A stretch of DNA of 64,000 bases from Octopus sinensis (taxonomy: Eukaryota). Below, in pieces: positions 1-12,641 of the stretch (positions are counted from its first letter, which is position 1; every line of letters starts with the position of its first letter). Position numbers and translations under genes: made by a program. Location of the stretch: contig NC_043018.1 in NCBI RefSeq assembly GCF_006345805.1, positions 29,946,001 to 30,010,000 on the forward strand. The letters run 5' to 3'. The notes beneath the pieces were generated by a model, which saw only the letters and a list, made by a program, of their open reading frames with translations, had not been told where the DNA came from and searched no databases.

Positions 1-768
1 TAAACCTGTCGTGCTGTAAAAGACGCGTTCAGTTTCCAGTAACCAGGACCCTGCCTATGAGTCTTATCTAAGTCAAGTGTACAAGTCACAAACTTGTGAT
101 CTGTGTAACTGACTATATGAAATTGTGGACAACCTACACTATTTTTATCTATTGTCCTACAGAATACTCTATCTAAGTATGATCTGGACGACCCGATGCG
201 GTTACTCCATGTCCACATTGGCACATTCGGGTGGTCCAGTCGGTACCTGTCAGACAGTTGGAAACGTCTGAGCAGGTCTTTGAGGCATTTGCATCCCCTT
301 CTATTGCTATCTCTGCCCACGTAGTCTAGATGCGTGTCCAGGGTGGCATTCCAATCCCCCACTAAAAGTAAAGGACGAGACGTTCCCATGAAAGACTCGA
401 AAGAAATCTGGTCGGCCTGTTAAGGACGGAGCATAAACTGCTATCAGTCGAAAAGCACACTCATTGCTGCCATCGACATCCAAAACGACCAGCCTACCCT
501 CCGTGTCTAGGAAAATTGCTCTTACTTTGAGATCCAGACTCTTCCAGAGAAGCACCACGGTGCCACCTCCGCCCATTCTCGATAGACACGGAGAAAAATA
601 AATGTTGAAATGCGTACCGAAACTGTGCTGGAGTGCCCGCGAGCTGTGGAGTCTGGTCTCACTGATGGCTATGATATTCAGATTTAGTGACTTGATGTTA
701 TTTAACAGGTAGCCTTGTTTCTAAGGCGACCCCAAGCCATGTACATTTATACTGCCTATTCTGAGAAT
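1..768 (-). pseudogene. Copy A ORF2 N-terminus (APE endonuclease), disrupted
   Basis: GGGGTVVLL..AVYAPS..GRPDFFR matches 49/60 aa to copy B; ATG replaced by ATT, TGG replaced by TAG, and frameshifts. Confidence 0.85.
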
Positions 769-870
769 GTTACGATAAAAAATTGTGTTTTGCACACGAA
801 AAGAAAGTGCAAAAAAGGAAAGAGAGAGAGAAAAGGTTACTTGTTGTTCGAAAGTCCTTTGTTTTTCACC

Positions 871-3051
871 TCACAGTCTTCTTCCATGAGGTTTTTGTAT
901 AGTTTCTTTGATGAATATTTTTGAAACCTCCCTACTGCATGAGGGTAAAGAGATTTCAGGGTGCTGTATGTGTTCTGTTACGTGTATTATTTTAATGTGT
1001 TGTGGTGGTGTTGTGCGTGGCTGGTTATTTGTTTTTATGTCGTTTTCAGTTATGTTGCTGTTTGACCTAATGTGTTCCATTAGGTCGTGGTTGTTTGTGT
1101 TTATGGCTGTCAACATTGTTGGGGGGTTCGATGATGGTGTGTTTGTGTTGATGTGTTTGTTTTCTGTGGATGTTTTTGTTTCGGGAGTGGTGAATCTTCC
1201 TGCTTTGTTTGTTATCTTTTCTTTTCTTTTTTTCCCCTTTTTCTTCTCCCCCCCTGTGGCTATTTGCCAATCTTCTGTGTCTTCTTCGTCTAATGACAAA
1301 TCAGAGGAATCAGAGCTTGGAAGAGGGAAAATATTGGGGTCTATTGTAGACTGTGTTGATTTTGTTGTTGGTGTTGGTTGGTGAGTGTTAGGTTGTGGTG
1401 TATGCGGTTTTGGAGGTGGGGTGTGGGTATTTTGTGTTTGAGTGATTGTAGGTATTTTTGTGTTGTTTGGGGTGTCAATTTTGTGGGGATTTAGAGTAGT
1501 AATTGTTTCTTCATTTTCGATGAGTGTCTTTTTGGCAGTTGTCCTTGGTTTGGGAGTTGGTTTATTCTTGGTTGTTGTTGTTGTTGGTGTTGCTTCTGTT
1601 CTTGGTGCAGTTGGTGTGGTTGTTTGGTTGGTGAGGTTTTTTTGTTTTTTTTTCTGTGATTAGTCCTGTTTGTACAATTTGTGGTGTGGGTAGTAAAGCT
1701 GGCTTTTTTTGTTTTTTCCGGCTGCTGTTGTTGTTGCTGTTGTTTTCTTGCGGCATATTTGCAATATTTTTTTAGGTGTTGCTCACTGCCGCATATGTAG
1801 CAACGTGGTCTTCTGCCATCGACGACCACATACAACTTGTGGTCTTCTGATACACATATCTGGGTGGGCATTTTCTTTATGTCCTCTTGGTTTATATGTA
1901 GTAGAAATTCTACACTTTTTCCCACCCAGTTTTTGTGTTCCGTGACCGTAGTTTCTAAAATTGTGAAATCTTCCATTTTCACACATAAGGCCTTTACTAG
2001 CCATAGATTGTTTGCTATTTTTGGGACATTGTTTAAAGTGATCTTAGTCACTTTCTGTCCACGATAGCTTGGTGTTAGTTGAAGTTCATCTGAATGAAGA
2101 GTTAGCGTTGAGAAACGTCTTGCTAACTCTTCAGTGTGGAAGACCACTTGTATGTGTGCGAACTTGTTCCCCCAGGTCACATACTCTTTGTAGTTCCAGA
2201 TGGGTTTCAAGCATTTTTCGATTTTGCTTGTGTTAGCCTTCTCTGGACTTTTTGTTTTCTTATTAATTACTTTATATATAATAGTTCTTTTTTTTTTCAT
2301 TTTCTAATATTTCTTGTGATATGTTTATTTTTACTATACCATCTACTTCTGTTATTAAAATATTCGTATCTTTTATCTGCTGTGCAGTAAAATATACTGT
2401 TGTTTTTTTTTCTTTTATCGCCTCGGCGAAATTTGTTGTTGTTTTGTTATTGTTGCTGGTGGTGATGTTGTTGTTGGCTGCAGTTGGTAAAATCGGTGTA
2501 TTTGGTTTGATTGTGCAAGTAGGAAGGGGTGGAAAATTACTTGCGTAGTTTATCCCTGTATTCAAGCAGCTTTTGTCAATTTGTTTGGTGGTCACAGTTT
2601 TTTGTTTATTCCCTTCAGTTCTTGTTGTTGGAGTAGACAAGGTCTGAACGGGATTGCTGTTGTTGTTATTGTTGTTTTTGTTGTTGGCGGTGGTGTCAGT
2701 GGCAGAAGAGACAGCCGTGGCAGCAGATGTCGAAATGGTGGCGCAAATGTTGTTATTCTTGTTGTCATTGTTATTGTTGTTGTTGTTGGTAGTTGAGGTA
2801 GTGGATGAGGTGGCGGTGGTGGTGGTGGTGGAGGCGGTGGTGGTAGCAGTAGTAGTCCCGTTGTTGTTGTTGTTAGTGGTGGTGGTGACAGTGCTGTTAT
2901 CGCAAGTGGTTGCAGCGTTCACTGCCACGTCATTCAGGTTTGCACTTTGCGTGCATGAGTTCTTTTTTTCTTCTCCTAGCGTTTCCAGACTAGGAGAATG
3001 TTGGTCGATAAAGGAACGCGACCAGCGTTCTACAATACAATTTCTCGACAT
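871..3051 (-). pseudogene. Copy A ORF1 (Thr/Asn-rich N-terminus, RRM-like core, CCHC zinc knuckle), split by frameshifts
   Basis: ORFs 2272-3051, 1491-2300 and 871-1299 align in order with the ORF1 pieces of B and C; one break is at an A homopolymer. Confidence 0.8.
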
Positions 3052-3246
3052 TTTCGAAATGTCGAGAAAAATTACACAAATTAAATAGGGTTGAAACTGC
3101 CCCTAGGGGCGAATTCCTCCCTTGGAAAAGCACTCAAACAAAAGTTGGGTGCCTTACATACCTTATTTACAAAAATGTACACAAAATATGGGCTATAAAT
3201 AGTCAAAATAAACGATTACCTTCGGAGCCGAAGTGACAGCACGTCC

Positions 3247-3248
<2 letters not shown>

Positions 3249-3336
<88 letters not shown>

Positions 3337-3375
3337 TGATAGATAGATAGATAGACAGATAATAGATAGATAGAT

Positions 3376-3416
<41 letters not shown>

Positions 3417-3587
3417 CAGATAGATAGATAGATAGATAATGATAGATAGATAGATAGATAGATAGATGATAGATAGATAGACAGATAAAGATAGAGATAG
3501 ATAGATGATAGATAATAGATAGATAGATAGATAGATAGATATAGGAATAGATAGATAATAGATAGATAGATAGATAGATAGATAGAT

Positions 3588-3629
<42 letters not shown>

Positions 3630-3712
3630 CAGACAGAGGGACTGACGGAGAGACGGACAGGGAGACCGGCAGAACGACAGACCGACAGGCAGGCAGATAG
3701 ATAGATAGATAA

Positions 3713-3762
<50 letters not shown>

Positions 3763-3782
3763 TGATAGATAGATAGATAGAT
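3249..3782. repeat. (GATA)n microsatellite (~530 bp, some GACA variants) between the 3' end of B and the 5' end of A
   Basis: Directly visible. Confidence 0.98.
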
Positions 3783-4075
3783 AACTTTTTATTGTAGCCA
3801 CACAGGGCTAAACACAGAATAAAAATGGACGAAATACAACGTAGAATTTTTTCTTTTCGAGGTGGGATGGGTGGGGCACAAAAAAAAAACACGTTTGATC
3901 AATAGGGATCTGTGGGTTGTGTGGTGTATAAAAAAGCAATATATATATATATAAGGTTCACAGTTTAGGTGTAGCCTTGGAAAGAAAAAAACCTACAAAA
4001 AAGACCAAGGTCACCTCAGACAATTCGAAAAAGAACACATGAGTAAGTCGCCTTACTTCTCGTTGTCTCTTTTGG

Positions 4076-7000
4076 TTACAGATTTATGCTTAAAATAGTG
4101 TCGTCTTTCATACTGACCATTTTTGCCACTTTTACCCACTTTTTATTAAAACATTCGTTCGACAAAGCCTTCCTCTCTATTCTCATCCTCCTTTTCAAGT
4201 GGTACTTGAAAAAGTTGACGAGAGGCTGACCAGAGAGGAAGGTGTTTGTTTGCAGTCCTTTCAAACGCGTCCACCACACACATTCTTTCGCCATAGCCAT
4301 CAGCGTAACGAAAACCGTTTTCCCTTCCCGTTTAAAGGAAGGTGGTGGAACAATATTCACGATAGACTCGGCCGATAGGCGAGCCTGACCTACACGTGAC
4401 AACAGCTGTTCGACGAAGGACCACAGCTCTGAAATATCTGGACACTGCACGAGTGCGTGCAGAACGGTTTCGTCGCTCTGACCGCAGCTCGGGCAGGTCG
4501 GTCCGGTGATGGTTTTCGAACCGTGTCTGTAGCTCTTCTCTCGAACAGGTAGTGCGTCTCGATAGCACTGCCAAGCCAGGGATTTCTGAAAGTTATCCAT
4601 AGGCCCCGGCCCGAACGTCGTCCTGAACAGGCGGGTTAGGAATTCTTCGTCAACGCCCAGGTTTGCCCCGAGTGTGTCGTCGGACCTCCCCTCCACTAGT
4701 CCTCTATAGAACGCTTTAGTCGTTTGTAAGTTGCACAAGTTTGACCCCGGTCGGCGAGCTGCTGTAGAGCTTGGCGACACTCTCAGTGCCAATTGCCCAG
4801 TTTCGGTCTCTTTTTGATCCACGTTTGCAGTTCGGTCAGTGAGACGAGCTGCGGGAAGTCGCGCCTCACAAACGGCGCCCACACCTGTTCACCGTCGTCG
4901 ATGAAGTTCCAGAGATGTCGCAGTCTCAGCGCATGCCTGCGCATCATCAACCACGGCATGCCCAGTCCTCCATTCAACGGATGTTGACAGCAAATGGACT
5001 TCCTCACCATCGGAACGCCACCCTTCCACAGGAAGCGGAAGAGTATGCGTTCCAGTTTGGTGATGGTGGCGTCGACACAAGGTGCGACGGTCAGGCGGTA
5101 ATCGATGACGGATGCGATGTACGCATTCGCCACCTCCACCCGGCCTTTTAGAGACAGCTTTCTCTCGGCCCATGTTTGGCTGAGAGCGACCACTCTACTC
5201 GTGATCTCGTCCCACTTCTTATCCATTTGGAGGTCCGGACTGAACCAGACCCCGAGCAATTTAACCGGTCCGTCCGTCCAGCGTCCCACTACTGAGCCGC
5301 AGTCGGACGGCATGGGCTTGCTTCTCCAGGTGCCGAGTAGCAAACCCACTGACTTTTCCGGGTTAATCTTTGCTCCCGTCACCGTTTCATATTTTCTTAG
5401 TGTCTCGCCTATCATCATGATGTGTTTGTCGCTCGACACTATGACGGTGACATCTTCCGCATATGGCGACACGCTCGTCCCGCAACCCAGTTCCCGTGGG
5501 ATGCCCCTCAGTGTCGCCAGCTTCCGCAGTAGCGGCTCGAGAGTCAATACATACAGAAGCGCCGACAGGGGACACCCCTGACGGACCGAACGCATGATGT
5601 CAAACGGTTTCGACAGGTGACCGTTCACCCGAATCACCGATCGGATGCCGCTATACAAGGCAGCGATCCAACCGCGGAAGACGGGACCGAAGCCAGCCGC
5701 CCTGAGGACGGCCGCCAAGTACCGATGGTCGACCCTATCGAAGGCTTTAGACTGATCCAAATTTATCAGCGCCCCACACATGCCAGGATCCTTAACTACC
5801 CTGTCCACAATGTAGCGCATCAGATGGAGGTTGTCATGTATGGTTCTACCCGGCACGGCGCATGTTTGCGCCCTGTCGACCAGTTTACCAATGACAAGCG
5901 CCAACCTCTCGGCTATTACTTTGGCCAAAATTTTCAAATCTGCGTTGAGTAGAGTGATGGGCCTAAAATTATCTATAAAATTCCCCTTGTTTGAGTCTTT
6001 CTTCAGCAACGTCACTACACCTCGGCTCACGAAACCGGGGATTCTCCCGTTTTGTTGCTAGTTGCAGTAGACTGATGCCAAGAGGTCGCCAAACAAGTCT
6101 GGCATTCGACAATACAGCTCGTAGGGTAAACCATCCAATCCAGGCGACTTATCCCTCGCGCAGCCCGCCATCGCATCCCACACGTCAGCGGCTGTGATGG
6201 GACTTTCACAACACTCCGCTTCTCTTGCCGAGAGCCGCGGCAGGTCGGTCAGGTAGGCACTGAAATCCATCCCGCGTTCCGACCCACCACCATCGCACCA
6301 AACAGTCGAGCAAAGTGCTGTTGAAAGGCCTCACACATCCTTTCGGGTTCGAGTAAACTGCATCCCTGTTGATCTATTAGAGACCGAATGGTTGATCTGT
6401 TGCCACGCTGCGCCTCCGCTACCCGGGCCTCTCGCGCAGCTTCGATCCCTTCGTTCCTTAAGGCACGCATTTTAGCTCTGACGACGCAACCTTCGTGCTT
6501 GGCGTTGAGGGGTTGGTCGAGGGCCATCCTCGATGCCAGCACGTTGGTTGCGCTGCCAGTGGTAAGTGCCTCTTCTAGTTTCTTAACTAAGTCTCCCTCT
6601 ACTCTATTTCGTTCTATCGCTAATTCCTTGCTAAACCTAATTGATTCCGATTTTATTGCCATTTTCAGGGCGTACCACCAGCGGTTGTTGACGACGGCTC
6701 CCGTCAGCGCCCTCTTAATTAACTCGCTAATCCGGTTCCTGTAAACCTGTCGCGCTAACAGCGACGTGTTCAGTTTCCACTAACCGGGACCCTGCCTATG
6801 TGTTTTATCTAAGTCGAGCGTACACGTAACAATTTTGATCTGTGTAGCTGACTATTTAAATTGTGGACATCCACACTATCCCTATCCGCTGTCCTGCATA
6901 GAATTCTATCTAGATAAGATCTCGACGATCCGACGCGATTTGTCCAAGTCCACGTTGGCACGTTCGGATGGTCGAGTCGGAACCTGTCAGACAAATGGAA

Positions 7001-7522
7001 ACGTCTGAGCAGGTCTTTGAGGCTCTTACACCCCCTTCTATTCCTATCCCTTCCCACATAATCTAGATGTGTGTCCAAGGTAGCGTTCCAATCCCCTACT
7101 AACAGTAAAGGTCTAGACGTACCCAGGAAAACCTCTAGACGTCTGAAGAAATCCGCCCGGCCCGTTAAGGACGGTGCATAAACTGCCATCAGACGGAATG
7201 CACACCCATTTCTGCCATCCACGTCCAAGACAACCAGCTTACCCTCCGGGTCTAGGAATATTGCTCTTACTTTTACATTTAGACTCTTTCGAAAAAGTAC
7301 CGCAGTACCTCCACCACCCATGTTCGGCAGACAGGGAGAAAAATAAATGTCAAATCGATTGCCAAACATGGACTCGAGGGCCCGCGGCTTACTGAGTCTG
7401 GTTTCATTGATAGCTACTATATCAAGGTCCAGTGACTTGATGTCGTTTAGAAGGTAACCTTGCTTCCAAGCCGACGCCAAGCCACGCGCATTCACACAAC
7501 CTAATTTAAGCATACTTGACAT
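4076..7522 (-). pseudogene. Copy B ORF2 (APE endonuclease + reverse transcriptase + C-terminal zinc-binding domain)
   Basis: NARGL, ETRL, GDWN, YLDRI, SDHK-like APE motifs; FRPITLLNADLK, DQSKAFDRV, QGCPLS RT motifs; YADD mutated to YAED; CPSC..ETVLHALVQC; frameshifts near 6830-6880 and 6270, stops at 6058 and 4783. Confidence 0.95.
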
Positions 7523-7587
7523 TTACGAAAATTGTGTTTTACACACTATATTAGAAGAGACAAGAGGCAAGAAGGGAGGTCACTTAC

Positions 7588-9482
7588 TCATTTTAAAAGT
7601 TTCATTTTTTCTTCTTCTTCTTTTTGTTTGTTTTTGATGAGGTGTTTGTATAGTTTTTTCGACAGGTATCGTTGATACCCGCCTACCGCATTCGGAAATA
7701 TTGTTTTCAGTATGTGGTGTTGTGCTTGTGTTATGTGTAAAATTCTGATGTGTTTCGGTGGTGTGGTGTGCGGATGATTGTTTGTCTTAAAGTCATCTTC
7801 ACAGATGACCATGTTAGATTTGATGTAGTCCATTAATTCTTTATTGTCTGTGTCTATTGCAGTTAGTTGTGTGTGTGGTTTTACGGGTTCATTACTTTTT
7901 TGATTGTCTAGGGGGATGTTGTCCGGAGTTAGATATCTCCCTGCTTTACTTCCTTGTTTGGTGGGTTTTTTGGATCTTTTTCTTTTACCCCCTGTGGCTA
8001 TTTGCCATTCCGTCGAACTTTCGTCGTCCGACGTATTAGTATGGGGTAGAGGCAAAACATTTGCATTACTATGTATGCTTGTATAAATTGTTGATGTTTT
8101 GTGCGGTGTTTGTGTTGTTGTGGTGTTAGGGGTAGCATTTGTCTTCTCGTCAGTTTTTCTGTCTTTTTAATTGTCGTCCTGGTGTGGGTGTGGGTCTATT
8201 TTTTGTTAATTCAACAGGTTTAATTGGTTGTGAAGTCAACGGTGATTGTGTTGGTACTGTTTCTTTTCTTGGTGATGTTGTCGGGTTTGTTCGTCGTTGG
8301 TTGTTGTTTTTCTTGGCATTGTTCCATAATTGAGTGTGTTGGTGTTGGTGTTGGCAACAAAGGGATTTTATTTGTTTTCTGATTTGTTCTTTCTTGTTTT
8401 TTCTGTACCAGATCGCACTTGGCAATCAAATGTTCGGGGCTGCCACATTTGTAGCATCTAGGCTTTTTGCCTTCTGCCACAACATATAGGCATTGCCCAT
8501 TCTCCAAGTGGATCTTATCCGGTAGGCTCTCGATAGAGGCCCCCTCAATCTGGATGGTCACCACTATTGTTTTCCCACCCCAAATGTCGCCAGGGTACAC
8601 GGCGGTCTCCAAAATATTAATATTTTTTAAATGGTAACAGATTTCCCCTGTTATCCATTTGTTAGGAAGCTCGGGAGGTACATTTTTAATAGTGATTCGA
8701 CTCACTCTCTGGTTTTTGTAGTATGGGACCATGATGATTTCATCATTTCCCAGAGACTCAGTAGAGTGAGCTTTTGCCACTTCCTGGTTAGGGAAGCGGA
8801 CCACTACTGTGTTAAACTGGGGACCCCAGTTTATATACTCTTTTTCTTTCATTATGTTTTTTAAACATTTTTCCACATCAGTTTTTGTAATCTGTTCATT
8901 TAGATTTTTGTTTTTTCTAATAATTTTATATACAATTCTCTTATTTTCTATTTCTTGCTTTATGTGTTGAGGTGTATGCAGCACTAAATCTTGTCCACGG
9001 GTTGTAAAGAGAGCTCTAGTTTCTATGAGCTCTTCATTTGTGAATGTTACTATTTCTTTCTTCTGGCGAAGAGTGTCTGCGAAATTTACTGTTGTTGATT
9101 TTTTTTGTATTAACATCTTTACTATTAGATAGTTCATTTTTATTCTTGTTCTTGTTGTTGCTGTTTTTTTTTGTCAATAGTTTTCGTGCGAGTTTTTTTT
9201 TTTATCATTTATGTTGGTCGTGGTAGTGGTGGTGGTGGTGGTGGAGGTTGTGGTGGAGGTGGTGGTGGTAGCAGTAGTAGTCTCGTGGTTGCTGTTGTTA
9301 GTGGTGGTGGTAGCGGTGGTGACAGGGCTGTTACCGCACGTGGTTGCAGCGTTCATTTCACCGATATTTATATTTGTACTTGGCGCGCGGACGTTCTTTT
9401 TTTCTCCTATTGTTTCCAAACTAGGAAAATGCTTGTCAATAAAAGAACGCGACCAGCGTTCTACAATAAAATTTCTAGACAT
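7588..9482 (-). pseudogene. Copy B ORF1, frameshifted
   Basis: Pieces 9174-9482, 8220-9137 (CYKCGSPEHLIAKC knuckle) and 7588-8055; several breaks lie at A homopolymers. Confidence 0.85.
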
Positions 9483-9678
9483 TTTCTAATGTCAAGAAGA
9501 AAATTACAGAAATGAAATGGGGTTGAAACTGCCTCTAGGGGCGAATTCCTCCCTTGGAAAAGCACTGAAACGAAAGTTGGGTGCCTTACACAACTTATTT
9601 ACAAAAATGTTCACAAAAATTGAGCTATAAATAGTCAAAATAAATGATTACCTTCGGAGTCGAAGTGACAGCACGTCC

Positions 9679-9692
9679 ATAGACAGACAGAC

Positions 9693-9760
<68 letters not shown>
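9679..9760. repeat. (GACA)/(GATA)n at the 5' junction of copy B
   Basis: Directly visible. Confidence 0.97.
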
Positions 9761-9762
<2 letters not shown>

Positions 9763-9851
9763 GTTTCTTTATTGGCCACACAGGGCTGCACACAGTTGGG
9801 ACAAGTTACAAGGTAGAGCTTTTCTTTTGGGGGATGAAGAGAACAAAAAAC
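9761..9851 (-). mobile_element. ~90-bp 5'-truncated 3' end of a related Tx1 family, flanked on both sides by (TATC)n
   Basis: CATCCC..AAAAGAAAA..TCTAC.TTGTA..GTCC..CTGTGT..AGCCCTGTGTGG..AATAAA aligns with the 3' UTR end of B (3783-3890). Confidence 0.8.
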
Positions 9852-10454
9852 AGATAGATAGATAGATAGATAAACACTATACAAATATATATAGGCACAA
9901 TGAATTATCCAATACCCAAGTATCATTGTTACTCTACATATATCTGCGTGGATGTGTGTATACGAGTGCGTCAGTGTGCATGTGCATGTGCATCCGTGCG
10001 TGTGTGATTGTTTGCGTGCATGTGTGTGTATGTGCCTGTGTGTGTGTATGTGCGTGGGTTTTTTTGCTAGACTTTGCTGACTTGTGTGTTCCAGAGAGAA
10101 AAGATGATTAATTCACCATCACTCAGTGGCACTCTCTGATCAATTGTGTATACATTCTTTCTGTGTACAGAAGTACTATATACCTCTTTATGCAGCTTCT
10201 AACCACACATCTCACCTCTGACCTTTTATACAAATAACAATTTGGTGATGACCATTTCTTTAGATCTTAAATACATTAGAAAAATGCATAATATATTTAT
10301 ATATATATATATATATATTCGTACATATCTATCGATATATATATATACATATATATATATATATTATATATATATATATATATACACACACAAAAACATG
10401 TATGTGTACGTGTGTGTGTATTCATATATTCATACATATCTGTCTATCGATATG

Positions 10455-10491
<37 letters not shown>

Positions 10492-10692
10492 GCATATATA
10501 TACATATATTCAGACATATCTATCCATCTATATATGTATGTATGTATGTAAGTATATATATATAGATAGATAGAGAGATAGATAAATATATAGATAGAGA
10601 GAGAGAGATGGATAGATAAATAGAGAGAGTGATGTGGGTATGTATATATATATGTATATATATATATGTATATATATATGTATGTAAAAATA

Positions 10693-10731
<39 letters not shown>

Positions 10732-10738
10732 TGTATAT

Positions 10739-10773
<35 letters not shown>

Positions 10774-10774
10774 G

Positions 10775-10819
<45 letters not shown>

Positions 10820-11120
10820 CATTTTATATATATATCATTTTGCTCCCTACTTTTGTATTCATGTATCTATTTATATATCTAGTTTCCTTTTCCTTCTTTC
10901 AGTGTCACTATTACCATAAATATTGACCCAGTGTTCTTATGTACCTAGCTGTTTACTTAGCTACCTACATACCGACCTACCTGCCTACCAACCTACCAAC
11001 CTACATACCTACCTACCTACCTACCTACCTACCTACCTACTGACCTATTACATTTATGAATACACAAGTATATTACGTCTGTTGTGTATGTGTGTACATT
11101 GTCATATTATATATGAATAT

Positions 11121-11154
<34 letters not shown>

Positions 11155-11194
11155 CATATATGTGTGTGCGTGTGTGTGAGTACATTTATATAAG

Positions 11195-11227
11195 TATAGA
11201 TAGATAGATAGATAGATACATACATAC

Positions 11228-11286
<59 letters not shown>

Positions 11287-11287
11287 T
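11195..11287. repeat. (GATA)n microsatellite with no inserted element
   Basis: Directly visible. Confidence 0.9.
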
Positions 11288-11482
11288 ATGCATATATGTT
11301 TATCTATATATCTTCCTATATATATAAGGCTATTTATGTACCTATACATCATTATGTTATATATATTTATGTATATAGATAAACCGATATATAGATAATA
11401 TTCATATATACGCGTGTGTCTGTGTACATATATACATACATATATATTATATAATTATGTATATGTGTACATAAATATATAT

Positions 11483-11557
<75 letters not shown>

Positions 11558-11882
11558 TACATACATACTTACTGTCCGATCATCCAGTCTATATGAATAA
11601 CAATGTTGGTTTTCCATTCTTTTAATGTATTTTAAAATCTAAGGAAATGGACATCGCCAAATTGTTATTTGAGTAAAATGTCACAGGTCAAATGTGTAGA
11701 GAGTAAATACAAAGAGGAGTGTATATTATTTCTATATACATTAAAAAAAAGCAAAAAAATGTTTACACAATTGATCAGACAGAAACACTAAGTGATGGCG
11801 AATTAATCATCATTCCTCTCTGGAACGCACAACTCAGCAATCTCTAGGGAAACTCACACACACGTGCGCCCGTATATATGTA

Positions 11883-11918
<36 letters not shown>

Positions 11919-12103
11919 TAAGCAATAAGGGTTTAGCAACGAGTTGCCTTACCACATACCGAATTTAGAAATAGCAGTCAAAGGGTTATAGCTATTTCTT
12001 CTACTAAAAAGGGAGATCTCAGTAAAAACAGCATTTGGAAGGCAGACACAAACAGGTAAGAGAGAATGAATTGACTGCAATCTATCATACATTTTTTTAG
12101 TTA

Positions 12104-12217
12104 TCCACGGACGTACGTTTCGAAATCAAGTCTTAAGGAAAGCATAAGAACTAAATATTAAATATTAAATAATAAATAATTCTATCTTACCGAAACTTCT
12201 TTTCTCTTCAGCGTAGA
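12104..12217 (-). ncRNA. Mirror copy of the intron-split hammerhead in the inverted arm (intron 12132-12190)
   Basis: Reverse complement of 12528-12641. Confidence 0.78.
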
Positions 12218-12527
12218 ATACTATAATCATAAAAGCCTCGAATGAGGCCTTTACATGCCGAAGACTACTTGGTGTAATTGATAATTTTTCCAAATTAATT
12301 AATTTCACCCTTCATTATTACGGATAACCATATTTTATCTCAGTAGATGACCACAGCATCTTGTTTTGGCTACACGCGGGTGGGAAGGGGCTGTTGACAC
12401 AATCGTTTCATTCACAAATTGAATTCGGTGATACCAGTTGCGGATTCTAGCTCGCTCTGATACTGAGTGGAGTTGGTGCCTTCTGGTATCTCAAAATTCA
12501 ATATATAATCATTTATGATTATAGTAT

Positions 12528-12641
12528 TCTACGCTGAAGAGAAAAGAAGTTTCGGTAAGATAGAATTATTTATTATTTAATATTTAATATTTAGTTCTTA
12601 TGCTTTCCTTAAGACTTGATTTCGAAACGTACGTCCGTGGA
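12528..12641 (+). ncRNA. Type I hammerhead ribozyme with a putative 59-nt intron (12555-12613) in loop II
   Basis: Stem I TCTACG/CGTGGA; CTGAAGA core; stem II GAAAAGAAGT/ACTTGATTTC; GAAA; stem III ACGT/ACGT; GTC cleavage triplet (cut after 12635). Confidence 0.8.

Larger units (their letters stand above)
1..3248 (-). mobile_element. L1/Tx1-clade non-LTR retrotransposon, copy A (5' part; continues beyond window start)
   Basis: 5' leader GGACGTGCTGTCACTTCGG nearly identical to copies B and C; ORF1 with CCHC knuckle (CYICGSEQHLKKYC); start of an APE endonuclease homologous to B/C. Confidence 0.9.
3783..9678 (-). mobile_element. Full-length (~5.9 kb) L1/Tx1-clade retrotransposon, copy B, degenerate
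   Basis: Leader, ORF1, ORF2 (APE-RT-Cys/His C-terminus), 3' UTR with AATAAA (3788-3793 minus) running straight into (TATC)n. Confidence 0.95.

Noticed and set aside
3193-3892. Long ORFs such as [26 protein letters not shown] here and throughout the window
   Set aside because: Translations of microsatellites, not genes
9100-9200. Programmed ribosomal frameshift inside Tx1 ORF1
   Set aside because: Frame breaks fall at different positions and directions in A, B and C, often in A homopolymers; decay or sequencing error explains them better
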